The notes under the pieces are model-generated. The model saw only the letters and a list, made by a program, of their open reading frames with translations, was not told the origin of the DNA and did not search any database. DNA of 64,000 nucleotides from Trichosphaerium sp. ATCC 40318 (taxonomy: Eukaryota; Protista; Tubulinea). The translations under genes were made by a program, and so were the position numbers. Where the stretch lies: assembly GCA_038496445.1 (NCBI GenBank), contig JALMLS010000305.1, positions 52,125 to 116,124 of the forward strand, written 5' to 3'. Positions within the stretch are counted from its first letter, which is position 1. Each line of letters opens with the position of its first letter. Below are positions 40,713-54,909 of this stretch, in pieces.

Positions 40713-41357
40713 TGAGTGGACATTCTACGGTATAAAATTAAAACTTAGTGAGATGATTAAGTAGTCTAAATTTAACTGCTGCACTTTGTAAAGCGCACCA
40801 CGTCGCGCCATCACACTAGTAAACGTGTAAAAAAGATCTAACGTATGTTGTTTTGTTAGCAACGTCTACGAATGGTTGAATGCCGCAACGGATGGTAATA
40901 TGCATACATACAACGCGTTATACAACGGGTACAGTTTTTTTCGGCTCAACCTTCGTATTTTCATTGTCGTGAAGCAAGTGATAAGCCAACGTTCACCTAA
41001 TGCTGTTTTGGTAACGTGAAAAGCCCAATCGTGTATAACGTTTTAGTACTTGTCCACGTGTTTTCGTATACTCGTGTAGGGAAGTCTTGACCGCCGTTAG
41101 CGTAGCTGTAAGCTAGACTTCCGTATAGTGGCATTAAAGTAATGGTTGTCATTAATCGCCTTTAATTTGTGCTCTGTGAACGCACCTTTGTTCACAACTG
41201 TTTTAAGACTGATTTCAATAGGATTAACATACCTTTGCTTTAAAGCTTGTATACTTTATGACATCACAGTACGCTTGTTCTTGTAGCTTTATACACTAAC
41301 GCACTACACTTGGCATACAAAAGCCTGATTTATTGACAGAAATTTAGTGACTTTACA

Positions 41358-44300
41358 TCAGTTTTTACGTTGCACAACTTTTATTTGTCTACCTGCTGGT
41401 ACTGACTGGCTGATATTTATTGTTTGTCTATTAGTTGTGATCTACTGTTTGTCCAGCTATATACTTTACTACAACAATCACAACGCTAATAATTACAACA
41501 GCCAGGACAAGAACAACAATAGGTATTATTGCAAACACTTTCGAGAGCTTTAAAGAAAAAAAAATAGTTATTCAACAAACCGAGTGAGCTAGTGTCTACC
41601 ATACCTTTGGTGTGTCAATACCTATAGGTCTTGAAAAGGTACTTTGGGGTTGTTGTGGTTCAGTTGAGTTATTAGTATCACGTGTGAAACGTTCACCTAC
41701 CAACTGATTTAGAAACTAGACTAACTCTTTAGGGCTTACCAATGCCATAGAATGTCAATGACCATGATTTCAGTGTGATATTTAATGAGTCTCTGCTTTC
41801 AATGCGCATAGTCCAGTTTCCCTAACAAAATCCCGACATTGTAAATATGAGAATAAAGAGAGATTTTTTTGTAAGTACCTTTATATTCATCCCCCAAAAG
41901 GCAAGTGAGTTGAATGTCCAGTCAGGACCAATGTTAGAACCACGGTCATAGCGTCTTTGGATTGCGAGAACTGATGGTGTGTTATCAGGTCCTATCAGGG
42001 TAATTTTTAATGATCCTCTATTTCTATGGATAATCTCTGGAGAGAGTGTCACGTGATGTACAATCATATCATCCTTTGTTTACAAATAAGAATAAAGATG
42101 AAATTGTTAATCCTTGTTGACATACTGGTACAGTGATGACGTTCATAGCTTCTGTTGTGAAAACTGCATTAGGTTCGACTGAGTAAGTTTTGGATGCCTC
42201 CACAATAGTATCTTTCCATACAAGAGCGTTTTGAACAAGCTACCAAACTTTTTAGCTTCTTTGTTCTCCCTTCCACCAATTACTTACCTTTGTTGCATTT
42301 AGAATACCAAAGCCATATTGATTCGAGTGCCAGATTCCTAAACTATTTTAGCTTGACTGAAAGACGCTAAACAAAAACTGTACTTGCCGGCGGAGTTCTT
42401 ATGCCATTCTGATATAGATTGATTTGTGTTTACTGGAGTACTTGACGCTTGAATTAGGTATTGTACCTATGAGATAAAGGCATAAGCAAAATTACTTTCG
42501 TAACGAAAAGCGCACCTCAAGCCAACTCAGGTCGGGATTGGCTTCAAGCATAAGTGCCAACATGCCTGCTGCTAGAGGAGCTGCTGCTGAAGTTCCGACG
42601 AACTTTTCAGTACACTTAAAAGGTTTACCAACCTTGCAAGTAGAAATACCTAAAAACAATGGATCACGTGATTTTGATAAGCCAATGATGAACAGGCAGC
42701 CCGAAAGATGGAAATAACTTACCAAGACCACTTAATGCACCACCAGGAACTACAGCAATGACACTAGAACAAGCCTATTCCGTTAGCGGTGGAAGAGTTT
42801 GTTTCCGAACTTGGTTGTGTACCTCGCTGTATTTCGCTACTGTTTCTTGTGATGTTGACGCGCCAACTGTTATTGTATAGCGAGAAGAAGAATACCCATC
42901 AAAAGCACAGCTGTCGCCACTTAAGGTTGTTAAGAAGCGGGTTATATTGTTTTTAAGGCGTACGATATCTGTTTACCGTTTCCACTAGCCCAAACTAGAA
43001 GTCTACCTTTACCCTTGCGAGCGTTTTTGATAGTATGTTCAATTGCTTCTTTAGCTAGTTTCTGAAGAATGCTTGATTAGATTGATTGAATTGTCTTTAA
43101 CCCAGGATACCTTTGGATTTGCCATTACGGTACCACGGTCACTAGGACCCCAACTACAGCTGAGTATAGGTATATCATCTGGTTTCCATGTGAGTGCAGC
43201 AGCCTGAAGTAAAAATCAACCAGAAAAAAGTTGGTTAGTTTTTTCCCAAGGTACCTCTTCAGCATCAGTTGAGGACTGACCACTGCGTTGTAAAATGGCA
43301 ATACCTGCCAAACGCGCGTTAAAAGCTACTCCAACACCACAACTCTCTTGCGATACAGCTGCAGCCACACCACTGCATTCCGTACCTATCTATATAAGTG
43401 TTTTTTTCAACACAAACAATACTAAGCTCACCGTGATAGTCCCGTGTCCAGCTCTCTGGGTATGGATCACTGTGGTTGTGATTGAAGTTCCAACTCATCT
43501 AAAACTAGCTAAGCATAAAAGGTACTTTTTAAAAAGGAGAGTAGAAGAACAAAGAGTTGTACACCAACATGAAAATGCATTATTTACAACTAACCTCTGC
43601 GTCGTAATTATCCTTTAAATCAGGATGATCATACTGTAAACCATCATCAACAATACCAATAACTATACCCTTTCCTGTGATATCCATACTCCAAACCCCA
43701 GGCGCACTTATCTAATTTTGGAAAGTGACCAACGGTTTTTTCTATAAAAAATTGCGATTTTTACCCCGCCGTTTGTGTTGTGCAGGTGCCATTGTTTGGA
43801 GAATAAAGGGTCTACAGGCATACGTTTACCTTCTAGCCACCACGATCTAGAGCTTTCAGGTCCACGCTTCGAGTGGTGGTTGAGTTGCTTAGAAAAGAGA
43901 TGAGATTGATCCTGACTGCGTGTGAAGGTCGGCAAAGGTACCTGTCGTTGATGAAATATTATTCCATACGCTGTGTGAAGCCCTCTCTTTGGATTTTGAT
44001 CAAACGAAGCCAAAACATCCAAAAACTTTTGATGTTGTTCGGGAAGCATGTCAAAACTTCGCGTAGATTCCCATGGCTCGTGAGATTGTGAGTTCCTGAA
44101 TTTGAACAAATGGTAGTTCTCTAGAGCCCCAACAGAACCCCAATATTTTAATCCGTGCTCTCTAGCAAACGATGAAGCAATTGATGCATCCTAAGAGGTG
44201 GTAAGCTTGTAGGACAAACAGCTGGCAATTCGCAAATACGAAGCAAAGACTTGTACCTCAAACTCGATGACCCATTCGTCTACAAAGGTTCCATCACCTA

Positions 44301-44397
44301 TGGAGGTGTTATAAAACCTTTTGAAATAAAAAGAACCTGTGGTGGTTGCTACAGCTTGTAAACAAACTAAAGATAGCAATAGTAACGTCACTTGCAT
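41358..44397 (-). CDS. Kexin/furin-type proprotein convertase (S8B) with P-domain and C-terminal TM; last exon uncertain
   Basis: Signal peptide; pro-domain ending HHSKR; [10 protein letters not shown]; catalytic IVDDG, HGTECSG, WASGNG and [11 protein letters not shown]; P-domain [14 protein letters not shown]. Confidence 0.92.
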
Positions 44398-44907
44398 TTA
44401 TACTGTTTGATACTGTTTTAGACTGTAACCGATTGGAAAACGTGTCACTACTTTCTGACTTAATCCGCTTTAGTTACAGAAGTACTCAGTATCAGAAATA
44501 ATCTGACTTGATCTGATAATGAGATGTAACCAACTAAGGCCTAAATGTACGAGATTTCGCAGGTAGAGAGATGGACAACATGTTCTTCCAAACTACCTTA
44601 AACCAAAACCGGAAACATGATCTTCATGGCTTTTTTAACAGCGAGCAAAATACAATACAAAGCACTCTTTAGATGCCTTGAGTCCTAACCTTGTTCTTTA
44701 CGCTTTCTTTTTGATTATAGTTTGGTAACATACAGTGGAAGTCTTTGTTACAATAACCTCTGACATTAGTAATATACCTTTTATTCACCGATGTACTTTG
44801 TAACAAGCAATCTTGTTAAAATACACAAAGCTACTATTGACAATATCAGTCTTCATAAATATGCGCCTTTCTGACTAAGAAGCGTTCTAAAGAGTAAGAA
44901 GAATCAA

Positions 44908-47324
44908 TTACTCCTTATCACTCGTTCTTGTGTTCATCTCAATATCATGTGCACTACCAGAGCCTGCTGATTTACCTGTTGAAGATCCGTTGATACTTTC
45001 GTTTTCTGTTACAATCATAGGGTCTTCTTGAACTGATTTTTCACTTGAACTTGATTTGGCTGATACACCTGATCTCCTTGATGTGTTTGACATCGCTGAA
45101 CGTTTTCTCATCGACAATGTGCTTGTTCCACTTTGTTCTCTCTCCAACCACAAAGAATACCTGCAAGTTAGAAAATAGTAGTTTCTTGTCATCAATGTAA
45201 CCATCTCTGGCATTGCTACAGGTGTGTTGTAAGTAAATCACTGATTAGGGAGCTTAGTTATACCACAATAGGAGATGAATGGTACAATACCAGCCGATGT
45301 CATTGCTAATAGTAAAGCACTTGTCATTGAATTTGATAGAGTTGAAGGAAATCGTCCTACCGACAATTATTACAATGGTAGGTGTACTCTTGTGACTTAC
45401 CACAATCGCCTCTACCAGCGTAAGTACAATCAATCCATTGGCTTATCTCTCTGAAGAGAGTATTCTCTGATTTCACACGGCCAATAACAAAAGGTAGTGC
45501 TGTACATAGTACAACCCACATTGCACCCATTAAGTACACCCACATACCAAGTTGAGCACGTAATAGCCTTTTTAGAAACAAACAGTAAGCACGTGTCGTT
45601 GTGAGATTGGTATACCTGTATTTTTTTGCTTTGTTTCTTGTTGATAGTTGTCTGGCTTTCTAAATGAAGTTTTAGTGTCTATTTGTTTTGGTATATTGTA
45701 CCCAATAAGCACATGTTATAGAGTAAGTGATATACCCAACACAAATAATATTGACTACTATTGAGAATACCATTGGTACGCCTGCGTATAGTAATAAATG
45801 TGATCTATCCGGAAGGAATGAAACAAAGCAGGGAGTGACACAAGAAGGTTGTGCGCGTATATTCTCATATGATAAGTTGAGTACTACAAGAGCGAAAGCA
45901 AGGCCACCTGGTACAATATAAAAGCAGTACCTAAAGCACAAGGTAAGCCAAAACCAAAAAAGGTTAACCGCACTTAACAAAAGGACTCCATATTGCCTCT
46001 AGCTTATACAAAGACAAAGCCGTTATGATACCAAGTGCTGCCCAGTAGAAAATTGCACCACAACCTCCAAAGTAAAGCATTGCTCCTATTGAGTTGGTTG
46101 AAAAAGACTGGTAGTAATAGGCTTGTGGTACCTGAGAGTATGCACATGAAGTTAGCAGGTTTATAAGTTGAACGATAAGTCCACTCATTCTCGCACTGAT
46201 AAGAAGCACGTGGTATTATTTGTGATGGTATAACAGACAATGGCGTGATAACACCAGCAAATCTAAGGTAAAGAATCAGCTATATAATAGTAATAGACTA
46301 ACTATCATACACCATAGTACAGTAGTGAAGGCTAAGAGGGAACCTGCGCCACTTTTCGCTTGTGCCAAAAGTAATTAGTGTAAAAACACCTACTGTAAGG
46401 GATATTGGATTTAAAATATTGACCATCTACTAAGCGTCAACCAACTTAGTGATCTTGTATGTACATACCAAGCTCTCTGTTGCACATTCTTCTGACTCAG
46501 GAATAGGACAACGAAGAGCACAAGGTGGGTCTGAAGGTGATGCGTCAAAATTAAATGTGAATGGATATTGACAATCTTCTTCTTCTATTGGAACTCGACG
46601 TTGATTACAAGTTGTGTTTGGTTGATAAGCATTGAATGTAATATCTAATAATCACAATATTAATATATCAGCTAATTAAAACGGCAACAAAGCGCTCAAA
46701 ATTAAAATGTAAAAAAAAAAACTAACTTAGAAATTCCTCTGTTTCGGAACAATTTAGTCTCTTCTCAGGTACTATTTCGAAAAGCCTCGAACAAACGTCT
46801 AGAATCCTCTGACATTGGGAAAGACATGCAGTTTGTGGTAAGCCAGGTACACAAGGTCTAAATACGCGCTTACAGGCTATTTCCTTGAGTTCTTGTCCGC
46901 ATCTAGTAAAAACATGTCAAAAAGCGAACTTCCTCTTCTTTACAAGAACTTCACTACGATATATACGGTATCAATGGCGTATATTCGTGGTTACGGGTTA
47001 ATATTACGTCTGTTTGCGCGTTTTTAGCTACGTTTACGACAAATAAGGAAAAAAACGTTAAACGTACTCTCTGTCAAGAAACAGTGCTGTAGCAATGTCT
47101 GGAGCTATCATTGAATAGTTTTGAAGCAATGTTGACTGCATAGGATAAGGTTGGAAGATGCTTAGTGAATTATCTTCTCCAATGTACGAACACGTCGTAT
47201 TAACTTGTAAAGCAGCGCAATCGAAAAGACCTTGAGCTGATATTGTTTTTAAGCTGAATAAGAGCAATATAGCCATTACTGCTATCCATGACCACGAAAA
47301 CCGCGTCGGAGAGATGTTGCGCAT
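44908..47324 (-). CDS. Frizzled/Smoothened-like (class F, Fsl-type) 7TM receptor
   Basis: Signal peptide; Cys-rich domain (CGQELKEIACKRVFRPC...ACLSQC...C); CALRCP linker; multiple TMs with FYWAALG and PCFV; Ser-rich tail. Confidence 0.7.
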
Positions 47325-48719
47325 CAGTTTAGGGTTACTCTACTGTGTACGTGGTGGAACTACTTCCAAATAAGGCAGTAATGACCAAAAAGGGTTAGCC
47401 TTATTTCCTTTATGCAAAAATACACTACTTTACGTATCAGACGTTCTAGAACATGTATATCTACCTATAATATTGTTACATACAATCTCTGGGAATGAGA
47501 AGTAAAGTGATTAAGTTTTCTGGCAAAAAAGTACTCGGCAAATTTTAAGTTTGTCAACCCATAATGATTACAGTTTAGTGCTAAGTAAATAACTCCCTCA
47601 CACAGCTGAGTATTGGAGAGGCAAAATCCAAGTTGTTGAGGCACACATTTAACAGTTTTTCAATCATTTGATAGCAACAGACAGTTCTGAAAAAAAACAA
47701 AGATAATTTGATTCCACAGTCACCACGTGAGCAGTTTTCAGACATAAATAGAAAGGAATAGATCCTATATTATACACAAAAAATAATGTTGCCAGCTGAT
47801 CAATGTTGGTATGCGTAGAGCACGGAAATATTCTGTTTTTTTAAAACTTGGATATGTTGTAATGTTACGTAATAAATAGTAGTCTTACAACCTCATTTAT
47901 CTCTCATATCAAAGCTCATGTATTTACAATACGTATTGGGTTATCAATGTGCTTAAAGCGCGTACAACAGACTACTCAGGTGTGCAGCCCTTTATTACCT
48001 TTTGTTGAGTTGTAAGCACTAGTGCGCCTAGAAAGACACTTCTAGAAGAGTTGTATGGCTGTACAAATCATACTTTGCTATCTAGCACAAGTGCCTAAAC
48101 TGTATTCACACCGAAAAATGACACTCTTCATATTTTTCTAGTTTTCTTTGGGAACCTTGAGAACCTTTAGCGGATAAAAAAGGTTTACCTCTCGCTGGGT
48201 AAAGTAGAAAAACGGTTTCATAGTACGTTTCTATTCTTGTTCGAGTGGATGTTGTTGTTACTTTAAAATGGTCCTTGCTGAAAACTGACAGCCAAAAAAA
48301 ACAAATCCAAAAATAATTTTGGGAACGTAGTATTAGTAATCATTCAATGTCACGTGTCACGTAGCGACAATTTTTTATTGTGTACATTGTTTTCACTTAT
48401 CGCTTGAAGTGATTTCTAACACAAAAAGGGATTTGTCGTCAAAACTCTGACACGATGAGCAACAGCGTTCTTGGAGATTGTTGCTATTATTATTCGAGCG
48501 AAAACTAAATACTACCCAAAGAACTACAACAATGCACCCTACAACTTACTACATACAACGTGTTGTTCAATATATTGCCTAGGCTATATAAGCGAGCAAC
48601 CTGTCAACTAATCATCGAAGGTACACTAAAAGGAAAATTCACCAGTACACACAACTTAACAATCTACGTTCTGTATCTTCATTTATAACTCAAATACTCA
48701 TCAACAACAACTCATCAGC

Positions 48720-49274
48720 ATGCAATACGGAGAACAGCAACAAATCAGCCCATCCCAGCCTGGATACGGTGGAGGTGCTTGTCACTTTCTAAGATACGAA
48801 TTAAGACCTAAAAACTTGGTATCACGTTTCAATGCAGCCTACTTCTGTACTATCCAGAAGATAGTAATTACCAAAGAACACTTAATAATTACTGTTGACG
48901 TAAAAGGCAACAACAGCATGGGTCCTATTCAGGCACCACAAGGTACAATCAACTTTTTTCGAAGTAAATTGTTAGATTTCTTATGCAGCCACAGCAAGCA
49001 AATTGCGTTGCACTCTTGGGTGCCAAACGCAAACGTGTAAATGGGTAGCTACACGTGGCACCCAAACAAATGTTTGTGGAGACTTGTACTTTGACCTCAA
49101 AGGATATCTGTGTGCCTCACAGCCGATGACTATTAACTTCTACTTTGGATCTTCTGGGTACTTACCTTCCTTTCAGTTTTGTTATCTTTTAATGATTTAA
49201 ATAGCTATGCTCCTGTTCCTATTCTCGCTTATGATCCATGCACCAAGGGTGTCACTATCCTACCACATTGTTAA
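48720..49274 (+). CDS. Small Cys-containing hypothetical protein, 3 exons
   Basis: GT-AG introns at about 48943-48988 and 49158-49204 keep the frame through to ...VTILPHC*. Confidence 0.55.
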
Positions 49275-50449
49275 GTTCGTTATCTTAATAAACTCATGAT
49301 TAGCCTTCATTTCAAATTGTAGTCTGTTTGGTTTTCTTTAAGTAATAAGACTATGATATTTATCTTTATTGGGTGGCTCCTTGTTCTTCCTATTTACTCA
49401 AGGATAGGTTTCTCGGGTGTATTTGGTACAGTTTTTTCAACAAAACCCAGCTGTCACATGTGCATAACGGCTGACTGTTTCAATAGGGTTAACGAGTAAG
49501 TGGGAATTATTCCCAGTTGTGATTTGGTACGGGTTTTGTCTTGGTGCAATACAATCTGTTAGCCGGTAAGAGCTTCAATGCCGTAATTTCTGACACTATT
49601 TTTTTGTATGAATGTTGACTGTTTTTTTTTAGCGTTTTATTTGCAAGTCTTGTTCCTCCTGGCTATGAAAGCGAGTTTTCGGGTTCTTTGAAATTACAAA
49701 TCGCGGAAGTACATGGGTAGGACCTTTTGTTGCTGCTGGATTAAAGGAAGCCACTGGAACACTTAGATGGGCATTTTTATATGTTCTTGTATGCTTTGTT
49801 ACCGAAGCTCTTGATGAAATGTTCACAGTCTATTTAGGTAGCTTTGTTGATATCACTGCCATTAATGTACTTTGTAAATGTCAAAAAGGGTAGGGAACAA
49901 GCCATCAAAGGCGCAAAACAGCTAAACAAGATTGATGATGTTGAGTCTTCAGTCGGGTAATAAACTAGAATTATCGAATATGTACTTTTTCTACTACATT
50001 TTGTGGATAAGTACACTTACTCAACTTCAGTTTACGCCGTTCTTGCACTTTCCTTCTAGCTTAAATTGACTAAATTGCTCCTGCGACTGGCATTGTCACA
50101 CAGCTCGCACTCTCACTTTGTTTCAGTTCAAAGGGTTAACTCAGCTGATTTTTTTTGCACTCAAGAATGTTCAAAGCAAAGAAAGTGTTTGGAGGAGTTT
50201 TTAAAACAAAAGCCGTTACCGCTCTGTACTCAAACAAAAACCCAGCGCTAATAAGTTCTAGGGCTGAGTTGCATAACCAAGGTGGGTTAGCTTTTTGATC
50301 ATCTGAAGCATACGAGATGAAGTTTTCGAGTGTACTACCTGACTTAACACTTTCACAGAATAGCTTTTTGTGTTTTTTCTCGTTAATAAAACACGTGGCT
50401 ACTAATCTCGCTTTACCTTCGTTAATTACGCACTCACGCTACTGATTTG

Positions 50450-51786
50450 ATGCTAAAAAATAGTTTAAACGCTGAAGATCATAGGTAAGCGCTACATTGC
50501 TCTATATCGCATTCTAACGCAATCAAAAGAGCGCAAATAAGCATATTAGACTTCCCAACAGAGATTTTAGCAACCATCTTACGCCAAACTACAAAAGCAC
50601 GTTTTGCAGCTTCTCAAACCTGTCATCGTATTGCCTCTATCATCCATGACATTATAGGATACTCAAAGGTTTGTATTTCAAGTGTTGCGCAGGCAAAAGC
50701 ACTCTTACAACATTCAAGCACTCTTCAGCACACGAAAGTCAAAATTAAGTACAAAAAATTATGGTGTCCTGATGATGTTGTCAAAGCACTTGCTGGCATT
50801 CGTTCAATCGATATTAATTCTTGCAGTGTAACAGATGAAGGCATCAAAGCACTGTCTGGCGTTCATACCATTAATATAAAATTTTGTAATTGTATTACAG
50901 ACAAAGGTGTCAAGGCACTTTCTGGTGTCCACACTATTGGTCTCACTTCTACAAAAATAACAGATGAAGGGTTAAAAGCTCTTTCTGGCGTACACAAAAT
51001 TGATCTTAGGGGATGTAAAAACATAACAGATGAAGGAATAACAGCTCTTTCTGGTGTACACACTATTAATCTCGGTTTACAAAAATAACAGATGAAGGGA
51101 TAAAAGCTCTTTCTGGTGTCCACGCTATTCACCTCGCTGGTACAAAAATAACAGATGAAGGGATAAAAGCTCTTTCTGGTGTCCACACTATTCATCTCGG
51201 TGGTACAAAAATAACAGATGAAGGGATAAAAGCTCTTTCTGGTGTCCACACTATTAATCTCGGTTGTACAAGAATAACAGATGAAGGATTAAAAGCTCTT
51301 TCTGGCGTACATAAAATTGAGCTTAATGGATGTAAAAACATAACAGACAAAGGAATAACAGCTCTTTCTGGTGTACACACTATTAATCTCAGTTCTACAA
51401 ATGTAACAAATGAAGGGATAAAAGCTCTTTCTGGCGTCCACACTATTAATCTCACTTATACAAGAATAACAGATGAAGGGTTAAAAGCTCTTTCTGGTGT
51501 ACATAAAATTGATCTTAATGGATGTAGAAACATAACAGATGAAGGGCTAGTAGCTCTTTCTGGAGTACATGAAATTAACCTGGTGGGTTGTAAAGGTATT
51601 TCAGATTATGGCATAAAGGCTCTTTCTGGTGTACACACTATTGATGTCGGTTTCACAAATATAACAGATGAAGGGCTAGTAGCTCTTTCTAGTGCCCACA
51701 AAATTGGTCTACGAGGGTGTCAAGGCATAACAGATGACGGTGTCATATCTCTTTCTAGTGTACATACAATTACAGGCCGACATTGA
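50450..51786 (+). CDS. F-box/LRR protein with about 15 near-identical 21-22 aa repeats; one 1-nt frameshift near 51077
   Basis: ATG at 50450; intron about 50485-50529; F-box ILDFPTEILATILRQ; 63/66-nt units ITDEGIKALSGVHTIxL. Confidence 0.8.
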
Positions 51787-52150
51787 GTGGTGTTTATGAA
51801 ACGTAGTGTACAGAAGTGCTTACTCCAAATTAGCTTTAAAAAAAATAAAAGATTCCTCTTGCAGACTTGCTATTAAGTCTCTTTTTTATTAAAACCAATG
51901 CGAAGTAGGCTGAGCACGATCATACGCAGTCCAGACCAAACCCTGTTGTGGAATTTGCTGCCTAATGAAGTGTATGTTCAAATCCTTTTATGTTCGCAGT
52001 TGCGCTAACAAAAGGATTCCACTAAAAAAATTGTTGTTCGTGTTTGGCACCACGTATGTATCAGTTCTTGTCTGCTTTCTATAGAAAAACTAAAAATGTA
52101 ACCAGCAATTTAACACGTGTTTTGAAACAACTTAATTCACTGTTCTTCGT

Positions 52151-53241
52151 TTATTGTATTAGCGAGAAATCGTCTACCTTATCATATGCAATTATAGATA
52201 GTAATGAATCCTGTTTTGAAACAGAGATATTAGCAGTGCAAGAGACGTAAGAGCAATAACTTTGTTTTCACCTGATTTTTTAAAGCAAGTTCAATGACAT
52301 CACCAACGTCACCATCATCTACAATACTAACCATAACTTTTCCTACTGGATGAAAATACTTGAAATCCTTTAAATCTGACCATTTTAGCTTTAAACAGCA
52401 ATAGGTGTTGAACCACATAAAGTTTGCATCCGCTAGTAAAAATAAGTGCTACAAGGTTGTATTATTTCGAAGCACGTGTACGCACTGTTTATCTTAAGCA
52501 TATAATTCTTGTTATGATATTTCAGTAAAACATCAACAGTTGTTTTGACGGTGTTTGGAGGAGGGTAAACAGTTGTAAATGAGTCTTCTATCACTATAAT
52601 TTCAACTTCTGTTTCTATTTGCTGTATTGATGATGTTCTCTGGCGCTTTGATGGTCTTTGGTGTTCTGATACATTGGACGTAGACTGCATGTGTGATCTT
52701 TTTTGTGTGCCCTCTTCTCTAAATAGTCTATTGTAGTCACCCAATCTACCCGCCCGATTTAAACATCTTATAGAGTTTACAATAGATTCATCTTGTTGAT
52801 GAGCATCAAATCCTTCGACATTGGAGCAATCAACAATGCAGGTGCCATTCTTCTTCAAGACACTGATAGAAAAACTTCTAAGCTTTCGGAAAAAGTTTTT
52901 ACAGTTTACATCAACTCTCCAATTTGTCTTCAGATAGTCTAGTAATGGTTCTATCTGTGCTGAGAAACTAGGTACCTGTTAAGTGGTGCAAAGCACTTGG
53001 TAGACATTTGTTAAAGGCTTCGTTTTTTTTTTGATCAATAAAAACAACTCACGTTGTGTTTGTCTGCCATACAGCACGTGAATCATTAGGATTTTGAAGT
53101 ACGCGAAATATATGTACCAACAGATGACCTTTTCCTTTATAGCTGCGATGTGAGGAACCTACCAGACAAGTGGTTAGCGACAGTAAACTAAAAACTAAAA
53201 AACAAATAACCTCGCCTGTATCCACTTGTGGTTTCTGTCAT
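52151..53241 (-). CDS. Hypothetical protein with a possible C-terminal PB1/ubiquitin-like domain
   Basis: Spliced exons. FKYFHPVGKVMVSIVDDGDVGDVIELA resembles the PB1 OPCA region. KRPSKRQR-type basic patch. Confidence 0.45.
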
Positions 53242-53420
53242 AATAGGTGGGTAACGGTTTTTTCAGCACAAAATAATCCAAAACTGTCTGCCAGCGACTA
53301 TTATTGACTTGAACACTCCTGACAGTTTTTTTGGACGTTCAAATCATGAATGAGGCACGTGCAGCGTTCTCAAAGAGCACTATAAAAGACCTTTAAGGGT
53401 TTTTTAATACCTTGAAGCTC

Positions 53421-54525
53421 ATGGTGTGTAGGCGGCACGAAACAACGGGTTTTTACAAGCAGGTGGTTTCTGTGTACCGCCTGAAGTACTGGTGATGATA
53501 TTACAACAATGTAACGGTCAGAATATTTTAAAGTGCGTAAACAACTGAATGTGTGCCAAAATACTCATTGATACATCGTTAGCATTCAAAGAGTTTGCAA
53601 AAATTGGAAAAGCGTGAGTGCGCATTGCTACTCATAATGTCTCGTCTCACTCACCATGATAACACTAATTCTATAGTATTGTTGGTATGGCAGGAAATAC
53701 GCAAGCTTCAAGTCCGTTTGGTATGCACGTGTTAAATGTTTGTCACTTTTTTTCTTTCAAATTGTTTTCGATCTTCACCTTACATCTTGACCCATTACCA
53801 CGTACTGTGGCGACACAATTCCCCGGAAATTTTGCAACGACTACTGAGCGTTATTCAAGTGAAAGAGTCTGGTTTGAGTATTGGTTAACTTTTTTTTTCG
53901 CTTTAAGGACTCTATGTGATGAGATGCTATATTGTATTCCTGACGATTCCCTACGCATCCTCGATCTTAATTCTTGCTTGGATATCACGGATGAAGCATT
54001 GGAATATATAGGAACACTACAAACTCTCAGAGCTTTAGTACTCAACAATTGTGGTACACTTTTCTAAATATTGGATGTCTTTGTGTTCTATACTCTTAAT
54101 CTCAATCAACAGATTGTATAACATCTTATGGTTTACAGCATCTTACGTCGCTTGACCTCACGGACTTTCATATTGATAGATGTCATAGAATTAACTCCCT
54201 TGATGTGTTAAGGTCATTCAAACATACACTAACAACTCTGAGCGTATATAGTATTCCAAGACTACACAGTAGAAATAACGGTCCATTATTAAGGCTTAAA
54301 AAACTTGAGAGGCTTAATATATCAAAGACTGATTGTCTTTTAGCTAGAAGAAACTTTAAATATATTAAAAAGTTACAAAATCTAAAGGTGATTGTAGTGT
54401 CTAAATTGCAAAAAATATTGATAACGAAGGCTCTCTCGCTTGAAATGTTTGAAGCATCTCCAGCATTGGTAGGTGAGAAGACTCGTTGGGCAGATGATTT
54501 ACTATATGAAAGCACTCAAACGTAA
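53421..54525 (+). CDS. F-box/LRR protein, multi-exon; start uncertain
   Basis: CVPPEVLVMILQQC...QRVCKNWK F-box; LRRs LRILDLNSCLDITDEAL and LERLNISKT. Confidence 0.7.
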
Positions 54526-54909
54526 AATACAAAGTACAATAGATGAACGGTTGTATATGAACTTATAATTCTGCATGGAGCCTTACTATATATTTCGTGT
54601 TTTACAAATACCACACAGATACCAGTAATTGTAGGAATATTAATAAAACATTTAACACTATTGTGTTTGAACTGGTATACTCAACTACGAATATAAGGAG
54701 GGAGGCGATATCCACCTTTTGAAAAAAAAATCACAGCATTTTTATCCCTTGTGTTGTGTTTTAGTGTTTGCAACATGGGCTTAGCCCCTATGTACTACTG
54801 TAACTTCATGACATAACGTAAGTTAAAATTAAGGGAATTTACCCTTTTGCAGTGAAGGGGAATTAACCGTTACTGTTGATATCTTGCGATGAGAATTTTG
54901 TTTTTTTGT

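Noticed and set aside
43063-43110. Intron with a GTATCCT donor resembling a U12-type intron (also GTATCCA at about 4959)
   Set aside because: No TCCTTAAC-like branch site; fits the local U2-type pattern.
49330-50440. Exon-like segments with splice signals on the minus strand
   Set aside because: No start codon or coherent reading frame could be assembled.
50863-51455. Minus-strand repeat ORFs (DTRKSFYPFICYFC; TPERAFIPSSV)
   Set aside because: Antisense shadows of the plus-strand LRR repeat array.
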